From Catajapyx aquilonaris (lineage: Eukaryota): 64,000 nt of DNA. Location: the NCBI GenBank assembly GCA_000934665.2, contig JYFJ02000721.1, positions 1-64,000 of the forward strand. Direction: 5' to 3'. Of this stretch, positions 52,677 through 64,000 are shown in pieces. Numbering within the stretch: the stretch's first letter is position 1; each line of letters begins with the position of its first letter. The notes below the pieces were generated by a model that did not search any database, was not told the origin of the DNA, and worked only from the letters and a program-made list of their open reading frames with translations. Made by a program: the position numbers and the translations under genes.

Positions 52677-55600
52677 GGCACCTGAAAGGAGAGAACATAG
52701 AGGGTTGCCGAGTGTGTCTAGCGGGCACAAAAATTTTCAGGAGAAAACTCTAGTACTGTACAAGACTTTAGGTGAATTTCAAACTTTTTCTCTACATAAT
52801 GATGAAGTATGTTAAAATTTAAAAAAATGTATGCGTATATTGCAGTAGCATAAAATGTACACGCTGTACACAGTAGTCCCGAGGAATAACAAGAAGTTTA
52901 TATAGCCTCTTGTACTGTACCTCATAGAAAAGTTGGACTCTCCTGCGTACTCATCCCACTCAAACAAGTTTACGGTCAATTAAGCCGCCTATTTGGAGCA
53001 ACCTTTGTATGCGAAACTGTCAGTTACATATAACAGAGCCTATACTTATCATAACCGCGAATCCGTATAGCGTATAAGTAGGCCGTGAGAAATTTCTTCC
53101 TGTTTGCACTCCATTTGACTTGAGTTATTTTAAGCTGCTGGCCGCCAACATTCCCGTCCAAAGTTTCTATCATAACAACGCGGATTTCCCGAACTTTATT
53201 CTCCAGCTGTTCTCACGAATATTTATCATAAGCTTGAAGGTGAGGGAAAAAAAAGCCAGAACCGTGGAAAGGTCAGGAAGCTTTGCACTGAAATATATCG
53301 ATACCTCGCTTTTTTACAGCTCGATCCTATACAAAGCGAACTGATCTGAATAAACCCATAACGAGTAAGTACTCGTGTACTCTCGAGTGCAATTGTGCCA
53401 CCCACTTAAAGGCTCTTTACTTGCCGGATATATGGATTAATATTACCCTAAAGCTCCGTTAGGTCGAGAGAAATCGTTACATTCGGAGCTGTAACGACAT
53501 GACATTACTGGAATCCAAATGGAATTCATCTTCTATAATTAATTAAAACGGAAACTAAGCTTGTGACTTTCAGGAATTCTATTTCGCAAATGAGTTAAAC
53601 AGTTCATCATAGAAACCAGGTTTAAATGTTTAATCAAATCGACCTGTATTGTGCTTTCTGAGCTATTTCTCGCCTCTCTTGACCGCTTCTGGCTTCCCGT
53701 ATTATAGTAGGTTACTATACTAGTGGTGGGGGGTTTGATTTCCTGTTCATTTGTCCCCAAAGCAATAAAAGGGGATGCCATTATTTGATGCCTGCTTCCA
53801 AGGGCAGCCTGAAAACACACACGACTCCAACCACCGCCCGAGTCGTTAAAACCACAGCTTGAGAGCTGACCTATGTAAACGCCTAAGTGTGCTAATGAGA
53901 CTTTAAGGACCATCCGGGAATGTGGGAGTCATGCTCCAAGTAACTACATTACGTTTTTTTTTTTGGGGGGGGGGGGATGGGGACGTTGGAATGGTTACGT
54001 GCAGGGGGGGTCATTTTGTCACACGAGTGAGTCGCACATCATTTTAGAATCAACGACGCATGCAAAATAGTACGAGCGACGCCTGCAGAGGGCCGGTATA
54101 GAGAGAGAAAAAAAATACTGTGGAAAAAGTTGACAACGTTATTACTGCAATTGCCAGACAGGTCCACATCCCCAACCGCAAATTTTCACGCCATCCAGTG
54201 TTATCTACCCAAACAACTGGTGCTTGTAATCGTCTCCGCCTCGCAGATTTTTGGTGGGACGCAATTTTGTGCGCTGTCTTTCTCTCTTTTTTTGCATAAA
54301 TTAAAACGTATAGTCTCTTTTTCTGCAGAGATAAGTCAGCTTCTCGTGGCAGTTCTTTTGGTGTAACTTTTGATTATGCAAAAACGGAACGAGAGAAACT
54401 GTATCATAAGTATATGCTACAAGGTAAACCATTTGGGGGGGGGGGGTTTAAGTGTGACAAACTTTCTGTCAACTTAGTTCAGATATTGGTCCATTATGCA
54501 AATGTTTATGTAGCACGTTTTCGCCAAATTTTTGCCACTGGAGCAAAACATCCCCGTCAATGCCAATCATAACACGTAAACAGATAAAAATGCTTCAGTA
54601 CACATGCTGGGAATGGACATCTGTTTCACTTTGTGAATTCATGTGATAAAATGTGAATGTCACTTTATTGTTCCTGCCCATCGTTAGCCAAAATAGTATT
54701 TCTCTAACATTGAAATATGTTAGTGAATTCCACAGTCAACTGACAAAATTTTGTTCGTAATTAAATTCTTTAACGCGTAAAATTTAATGGCATGTTAAGA
54801 TGCATGAGATCAAGATTATTGGTAGGGTATTATGTCATATTAAATCATATTTATTCACACAGCCACGCTGCCAACGTGTGATCTGGTGGTTAATTTAGTG
54901 AGTAATGACCCCCACTATTTTCTGCCACCAGATTCAGCTTATATTGAGGATTATTCGTGTACAGTATGCGTCAATATTTACGGTTTATTTCCATCGCACT
55001 GATTACGTTTTGCGCTAACATGTTTCATTATAATAACCACGTTATGAAAATTATGAGGCCAAACTGTGTCACTCTTTAATACTGCGTGAAGGCGTGGTGC
55101 ACTTGAAAATTCTCGTGGCAAAATGACAAATTTTGTACAGCGCATTTCGCTGAAAATTGCAATGCTTCTGATAGCTTTTTTGCAAATAATTAATAACATC
55201 TGATTTTTTTTTTTGTACTGCACTGCTTCGTTATTTAAACGCGACCAATGTCACGCAATATTACCAACCAGCTACGTCACAAAAATCAATGAACAATGTG
55301 CTCTCCAACCAAACTCGATTCCACATTTTCAATTATTCCAACATTGTGAACAAAAAAAAACCGAGTGGAAAAAAATTTCAACTATGGAGAGAAGTGGTAT
55401 GATTGCTCATAAAATGTGGTCGCGTGTAAAATACGAGTGAAATCAAAGGTAACAAACCCGATTAACGACCGATTTGGAGGACAATAAGATCCCATTAGCA
55501 GGCGGTTACGCCACGGGGAACAGTTCCGGAAGGCAAAATTTTTTTTGAGGGCGATAATGCGCAATTAATACACTTGCAAGCCTCCCACGCTGCTACGACA

Positions 55601-58600
55601 GAAAAAAAAGAAGCAAAGTCAGAACCTTAAAAAAAAAAAAAAAAGTCCGACCGCGGGTTGTAAGCTGTCACCACAGCTGGGCATGTGGTCAAGACCATGT
55701 GACAACTTTTCTATTCGAGCTTAAATTAAAAACTAAATAAAAAGCTTAGCTATCCAGAAGATTCCTTATTTTTGTTGGAGTTGAAAGTTATTTTTGGTAT
55801 ACGAAAAGTTCAATAATATTTTTTTCTGTACTTCGTGCTTGTTCTGACTGGTCATTGACAATGCTTGTAATTGAAGTGCGGAAGGGTACTGAATATTAAA
55901 ATTAAATGATCAACATATTGGGTTCAACAGCTAAGTAAATCCGCTATCGCGACTTATGTATGAGACGCAACTAATTTAATGCTATACACTGCTGAAGGAA
56001 GGCAGGAAAACATACGCATTATTTATCACTGACACGACCTTAAAGTGAGGCAACAATCATTACTTGTTAATTCTGACCTTAATATATTGTTAACTCCAAC
56101 AAGTTGTTGTCTTCAAAACAGTTCAGGTGAATATAAACAATACATAATTCGCCACAAATCAATTTGAGTTCGGGCAGTGTATAATCCGCACACTGTATAC
56201 AACATCACTCATATAAATATGAGATAGCCCGTGTGGCGATAGAGCGATAATTGATTACACTCATGTAACTCAAACCTATCAAAAAGTTATCAGAAATATT
56301 TCAAGCCATTAACGTCCCTAAAAGCTTGTAATACATGCGGATTTTTATTACATAGTACAGGAGGCAACATAACGCCATGTTCGACTTTGACAGCATAAAC
56401 CGGCCTCTTAAGCTGCATTGTGGCATTTTCTAATCTCACTTTAAGGCAGGTTGTATTAACTCCAATTAGAGAGTAAATATCACGTCACATTTAGAGAAAC
56501 CCTATAACCTACTATAGGAGGTTTTATCCGATTTACATTCGCATAACTGGTATTTGCACCAAATAAAAGCTATCAATTCAACAAACTCCTGTTTCATATT
56601 CTGGACCATATAATTAAGCTTCAAACCCCCGCAGATTTTATCCTGGGAGTTAGAGTGCCTTCCACACAAAAGAAGCGAAAGGGTTGCGTGGAACAGTCAG
56701 GATAAGTGCCACAGCTACAATTACATAACAAACCACCAGCGGATTATCTATATCCAGGATTCGTTCCAAGTACACCGCCTACGCACTTAAAGAGAGAGCC
56801 ACATAATACTCTCATTATCCCCCTCCACAGCTCTGCTTATCCACTTCTAAACTTGGAGTTGCTTGACATTGGCATCCAAGCTCCAATGCCAAGCAACTAA
56901 TTATATATCAAATGCTGCGTTGTATTTCGATCGAAAGCGATACCTTCCTCATCCTTTGGTATATACTGTTTACCAGCATTAACCTTTCATGCAGATTGGC
57001 TTATAGCATGCACAGGGGCTTGTGCTGTATTACACTCGTGGTCATTGCGATGACGTCATTCCCACACAGCAAAATGTCGACTAAATATACTGGTAATTGC
57101 ATCCGTCTGCGCAAAGATGAGGCAGCTATAAATTGATGATGAGCACAGTTTCTGAGAGGAAAATTAACCCATAAAATTAAATTACTTCCTCTCTTCTGAA
57201 ATGCGTTAGCAAGTCTGCTATTAAATTCCTGTCTTGCTCTCCGGCGACGAAATTAGGAAACTTTTGTGTCCTTTCTGTTTGAGTATGTGTCGTTCTCTTT
57301 CCATCCCCACCCTCCCCACTTTGGGAAGGATGGGAAAGTGGCGACGGATTAACGGGGTTTAATTACAAAGAGGTTGACCAGAAAATGTCAGCGGCGAACG
57401 AATGAATTGCTCGGAATGAGAATGTTTCACGGTGAGTAATGGACTTTGCATGAGGCGTTGTTTGAAAATAAAATTTGCGACAAAGTCTCGTGGGTGTTGA
57501 TATTTTTTTTGGAGGGGTCGGAAATGTGTACAAGCTTCCAGTGGTTGATTTTGTTTCCGGAGCTAACAAGGGTCTGACCCATGTTGTGCTTTCTGGTACA
57601 AGCGCACGTAACTGAATCATTCTGTCAACAAGATGAGTCCAAACAAATGTCAGATTATGTGAATAATTAAGGCTGCAATTTTGATTCACCCTGTAGAAGC
57701 GATAGGCCTATTTTTTGGCGGGAGGTGTAATTTTCCAGCTATCGACATCAATATCAACTCATTTTAATGAGTGCTGACTGCTCTTGTCATCATTCATCCG
57801 GAAGATATTTCCGTGCTATAAATAGTTCACGAGCAATAAAAGTTCGTGGGTGACATTTTTGTTATCTAGGGGCAATATCAATAATAGCCATTTATCTTTA
57901 GTGCAGCTACAGGCTATTGCACCTAATGTTTTGTTGTAACTTTATAGGCTTTTTGTTACACTGATATGGAATTTATTTCATCCGTTGTTTTTCCTGCTTT
58001 TTAGGGCTATACGTATTGCAATGAGTAATGTGGTCCAAAATTAATGTATGTACCATTACGCTATTGTCTTTATGCACTATTCATTTCTGGAGAGTGCAGG
58101 ATAATATTCTTCCCTAAGTATGACCAGTGGAGAAACGAAATGGGAAGGTCCACTAATTACATTCCTTACATATGTTCATTAGTTTATTATACCTGACCAC
58201 ACCAGAAAGCATGAGAGCAAATGAAAAAAGGCCGCAAATGAATTACATTGATGCACAATATATTGCTGGTAGTTCTCCCGTAATATTAGAACAACTTATT
58301 ATCAAAACTGAGTGATTAACCTGTCCATTCTAATTCGCATTGGATTTCACAGTGGGATGAAACCAAATAATTTCTGACCAAAGTACGAACCACAGACCTC
58401 ATATTGACAGCAGTGTTACCCAATTACGCACAAAATTAAAGTAATTGCCAGGTTGGCTTAGGCTGATTGTTGCTGTTCTAATAATATTTTGGTATTTCCT
58501 CTATCTGCAGATAGCTTTTTTCATACTACTGCACTCTTTATATCTATTACATTGTAAGCTGTAAATATATTACAGAGTGATATTAATTATTATTTAATAT

Positions 58601-61600
58601 TATAACGCCTCGTCAAACATCAGATCGAATTTCCAAGGATTTTGTTTGGATTTTACCGGAACAGAGCAACGTAATAAAGTGTATGAGCTTTAAGAGTGAT
58701 TGCAATGAGTCATACTAACCATATAATAATAATGTCAATCAGGGCTGCATCCACGCATAATACGCCACGAACTATTTATAGCAAAAGCTTGGATCAAAAT
58801 ATGTCGCAATCATTTGTCATATTACTCGTATTTGCGTGGGAACAGCTTGACATGTTACATAACCTACGCAACAGGAGTCGGCGAATTTTCATGCAATTTT
58901 TACGTACATTTATGTCTCAAATATACCAGTACTCTTCATATAGTACGAAACATCAAAAGATGGAAGAGAGCAATTATGAAACTCTCAAGATTTTGAGCCG
59001 ATTCTGCAGGACTTCTTTTGATAGCTTGCTCCATTTTTTTTCGCGAGATATGAATTTCGCACTAAGCCTCGGGCTGAGTTTACGTTCCGGAGAGTTACGT
59101 TCAATCGATAAGTTTTTGTTGAGCCAGGTTTCCCCTGTCAAATACTCTGCGATTTTTTTTATTATTATTAACCTTGACTCGTTTCGTGCTCCATATCCGA
59201 GTTTGATTAAACTGCGCGTTATAATCTGCAAATCTGGGATGACTTTTTTTAAAAATACGTAGCTTGCGTCTTGCATGTGAAGCTAATTGCGTAATCGCGG
59301 TTACAATCTGCAGTTCAAATAATGGAATATCCGTTCTGTGCACTGGGCATAATTTTCATTCGGCCTCGAAAAGCGCGAAACTGACGACGAATCCGCGGGA
59401 AAACCATATTGTCCTATCAAACCGCATTATCATTGTGATTCAATTCCATCGACATTTTGCGCGAAACACTAGAACCGGTTGTGGCTTGCCCATTGCTTTC
59501 GAATTGCTCTGGTTGGGGGTTTTTTTTTTCTCCCGTCAGATTTATGTTGAGAGATAGTGAGGCGGAATTGTTTTGCGATTAAAATGTTTCATCTTGTTTT
59601 AATGGACCCGAGGATTATTCTCCGTACTGGCATGTTGTTGGATTGGTTTTTATTGACTGTACGTGCAGCTTGAGTAATTCAGTTTTAATTGCTACCACGT
59701 GTGTGACCCGTTGGGTTATATAACAACAAACGTAACTGCTGTTCATATATTTATTTTCCAGTTTAGAAATTATGCAGGAAAAATGTAACTCCTCACCTAT
59801 TGTTAACTGGTAAATTAATTTCTCGCCTAATGCGCAATTCATCCTTTACACACATTATATAAGCTCACACAGTTAACATAATTGAAATAGAACCTTTGCT
59901 TTTAAATTTTGTGTTATTGTGTATAGTAGAAGCTAGTTCGAAATAATAAACAGCAACTCATTTTATTTTCATATTATGCACATTTTAATTAGAACTGTTT
60001 GAAAATAAAGCGATGTTCCATGCGGATGGAAACTTTGCACTCATTCTATTGTGTTATTATAAGGCAAGCGTACTATAGTAGTTCCTTGTGAAAATTTTCA
60101 TCTGATTGTATAGCTTCGTCATGCGCACCAGTTTGTAAGGCATGTTTCAATCTCTAGTTCATAACACTTGATACGTAATCCTTTAGCGTTATATCCAAGA
60201 ACAAAAAAAATCCCCAAGGGCAAAGTGAGATTGATTGAAGAGCAAGAGAGTGGAAAAATGGGGGAAAAAATGCACCTCGGTGCGTCCATCTATTAAGACA
60301 ACGGAATTTAATTCCAAAGCAATCTAAGAGAGAACTTCCAGAATATTATATTCTCTAGCAACATGTAGTCTTATCCAAAGAAGTAGTGTGTAGACAGAGC
60401 TGAGGTTTTTAACATCCGCTTTTACTTCCTTGCTTCCGTTTGTATGCTCCTGTAATCTCCCATATAGACTTTACTTTAAGTTACTCTCAGAGAAAGTAAA
60501 GAGAGGTATGCAATAACATCCGAGTCTGCTATATATTTGAAGCACGGCTCTTTATTGTCAGTTTCAGCTCAGTTGTTGGAGAAAGAAATTGGGGAAATAT
60601 TACGCAACAATAGGCATGGAGTTCGCAAAAAAGGCTATAGGAAAAGTCGGAGGTTCAATAATACTTTTCCAATCAGAAATATTTCAAGGTGATTTTCAGC
60701 TCAGTTCACGTGATTTGTAACCGATTTGAATTCTAAATATGAATTCAGTTATTTTCTACTATTTTTCCAGGATTTCTTTTTAAAAAACCTCACAATATAT
60801 TGGTATTTAAAATTTTCGAACCAATTTGTCAAGCCACTATATTTTATGTTAATTGAAGTTAAAATTTTGTTTAGTAACTTGATTCCTGAAGGTCTTGTCT
60901 TAAAATAACTCTCGCCCACGTCAGTTTCCTGTTGACCATACCTTGAATCTCAACAAGTCAACATGTCCTTTGCACGACTCCCACTTATTTCCGGAAAACC
61001 CGCAGTTGTTGAAGATCCGTGACGAGAATATTCCAGACATTTTCCAAAAGGCGACAAGATGACAAGTAGAACGTTTCTATAGAGTCGCGAAAAATTTAAC
61101 ATCAATTAAAGACCCCCCGAATTCGAGTCTCTCCCTTTTTTTATGTCCGAGGCGTGACCGGAATTCAGAATCAACAAACGCATTGTTTGGCCCCTAGGCA
61201 ATGACAGATTTGCGAAAACAAGCGGGGGCAAATAAATGCAGAACTTTTTTTTCTTCTGAAAAGCCCTGGTTTCCGAGCAGTATTTGAGCAGGTTTCGGAG
61301 TCAATTTGTATAACTCGATCTCATTCAACAATGGACTCTTTCATCTTTCCGCCGGGTAACTGTGCGAACAAAAAAAAAATTGGCAATAGCGGAAACGGTC
61401 ACTGACACCGGGCGGCAATGGCATAAAATATTCAGGATGTTGCATATAATGCATACCATGAACTTATCGCTTGTTCATCTGGACTGTAAATGGGTCACGC
61501 TATTCTCAAACCCTTGAGAATTGAAGCAGCAGGCTTATGACCTTTATAGAAGAAAAATTAATCATCTCTACGTACTTATACGCTTATGAATAAGGTCAAT

Positions 61601-64000
61601 CTCAAAATATAGGTTAATACAGTATTGTTTGTACGGTATAATGATGCAAGGGTAATATAGTGGACTGCACGTTACTCGTTCAGTAATGAGGAATGTCAGC
61701 TTGGTTCACACGACAGTTTTTGTCGTTGTCGTTTGGTCGTTGCTGGTTCGGAGTGACACGACCTGATTGATAAAAATGTCAAAAAAATCGTACAATTTAT
61801 CAATTCAGTTTTTCCCTTTGCTAAAATGCCTGCGAAAACATTATTGCATAGACTTTTTTTTCAGGTTGGTTGCATTACTTTGTACTTCACAGGATTAGAG
61901 CATGAAATTACAGCTACAATCACTCAAAAGAATCTTGAGAACAAAAGGCTTTCTAACAACTGAATTTAATTTTTAAAATGAGAAACTTTTTCGACCGAGA
62001 ATTTATCTCAACGCGTCACAAAGTTAAGGCTTGAAGAAAAAGATAAAAAGCTGATTTTTTTTATAAGTCTGGGCTACCTTTGAGAGTTAAAGTTTCCGCT
62101 GAGAGTATCGGAAAATCTTTCGACCCGAAGTTCTCCCTCTGAGCCCACTGATTAAATTTTAGGCATTGGTTAATACATGCTGATTAATGAGCCTAAGTGG
62201 GCCGGTTCCCACCTTCTCATCACCACCAAAACCGCGCTAATGGGCCGCAAATGAATAGTTTAAAATCACCCTATAGGCTAAATTTCCAGGAAGTTTTTTT
62301 TTGTGTCCAGACAAAACCATAAGCTTGTGAGTCACTTGTTTGATGAGAGAAATAATGTATACAAATGAAACTTCCAGGCATTCATTTAATTGCGTGCCGC
62401 GGATATATGCGTAGTAAATATTTATGCAATTTGTTTCATGGCACGTAAACAGACCTTGATGAATGAAAAGCAGTGGAAATGAAATTTAGTGTCGCGTTGC
62501 CCACTATATAAACGAGTCGATAGCATGCAACAGGTTTCTATATGAAAAAATGCTCCCTTTTTTCCAGAAGGAGAGGAAATGTTGCAACATCGAATTTCTG
62601 TTCGGTACTGGTGCGTTGTAGAGATAATAATTACAGTTTGGTTAATTAACCTAACCACGCTCTGTTGCATGCGAGCTGATCATAAAGGATATAAGCCATG
62701 TTTAAACAATTCAACAATGCACGCAGTTGTTATTGCGTGCATTATGATGTGTGCCCATCTTACATCATCAGCATGGTTCGCTACAAATGTTTCTTCCTAT
62801 TGCAAACTTGTCAAGGGAATTTATGCCACACCCATCAGATCCATTATTCAATTGTTAAACTGTATATAATTGACTAACGCTCTTTGTTTATGTACTTGTA
62901 GCGAAACATGTTCTTCGCAAGGTTATTTTCCATGGTGGATAAACAAACTGCATTTTATAATAACAGCGATTCAATACCCTGTCCACGGGCCAATTCATTA
63001 TACAGGGTGTTTCGTAATGTTTCAGAAAAGCCTGTAGCACAGTCTGTGAATAATTATGTAACACCAGGTACTTTCTCCGATTATAAGTACTTAAGTGTTG
63101 ACTATAGCCGAATGTGTATATATAAATTGCTTAGCTCTTGCCCAATGAGAGAGTGACCTTTTCGATGTTATTTCGCCTGAATTTGTAATGATCGAGACGT
63201 GACGTCGGTTCCGAATGATGGCGTCATCATTATCTCTGTATACTGTACTTGACATCAAAGTCTTATTGACCAATTCTGGTAAGTGGTGTTGGCTTATTCA
63301 TAATGTTCCTTCGATTTCAGCACGAAAGTAACTAGATTGCACGGCTCATTTCGCCTTTAAGGAAAGCGTATGTCTGATAATGAAGAATGTCCATATTCTC
63401 TCTCAGGACTATGTCGTGCGAATAATAATGGCTTGCTATCGACCAACGTACAAGTCATGCAGACTTCCAAGAAGTACATTATCTGCTGTAAGCATCGGAG
63501 CACACACAAAAAAAATGTTTCCTTATATTTGCGGACGTGAGTTGTTCGGGGAGTTCAGCCATTAAAGGTTTCCTCAGCAGATAAGTCAAGTACAGATTCA
63601 TTTCCAAGCAGAAAATTCTAGTGGTCCAGTGACTGGAAAGGCCAAGTTGAGCGAAAATTAAAGACGAAGCATTATCCTGACTTATTTCCGTCTCCCAAAG
63701 GAAATCTAGTTTCCTCGTGAATCCCAGGTAACAAGAAGCTATTAGCTAATCTTATATACATTTTACAAAGAAAAAAAGCTGTTCTAAGGGGACTCTTATC
63801 TCCCCTCGCATCAATATGGCCGTCTAGCAGCCTATAGTTGAAGTAATAAACACGCGTTTGCTCATGTCAGGACAAGCCGGTTGGAAATAAAGCTCGAATA
63901 TTATGAAGTCCATTAATATGGGTGCATTGTATAATCTGAAGCAATAAACACCTGGTAGTTCATCAAATAGGTCGTGAACAAGGCTATTTTGCCCCCCATT

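Noticed and set aside
58696..59343. 188-aa ORF and overlapping antisense ORFs
   Set aside because: No recognisable domain, non-ATG start and no coding-like composition; probably chance.

Overview
AT-rich eukaryotic (arthropod-type) genomic DNA, not prokaryotic. It contains three recognisable protein-coding genes. (1) A RASSF9/RASSF10-like N-terminal Ras-association protein on the + strand, with a single coding exon (CDS 3064-4338). (2) An allatostatin-B / myoinhibitory peptide (MIP, W-X6-W-amide) precursor on the - strand, with coding exons 16756-16541, 15591-15213 and 14714-14601 and an unresolved last exon; it encodes 11 Wamide copies. (3) An allatostatin-A (FGL-amide) precursor on the - strand, with a single coding exon (52676-51795); it encodes 13 FGL/FGM-amides plus one atypical amidated peptide. 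The two unrelated amidated-neuropeptide genes lie in tandem about 35 kb apart and converge on the RASSF9/10 gene; mammalian RASSF9 is a known interactor of the amidating enzyme PAM. A compact CRE/CCAAT/CRE/TATA/Inr promoter at about 29.3-29.45 kb, followed by a candidate non-coding exon with a GC splice donor, probably starts the AstB gene. The rest is non-coding, with a MITE cluster, a 111-bp hairpin and simple repeats. Most other ORFs in the supplied track look spurious.
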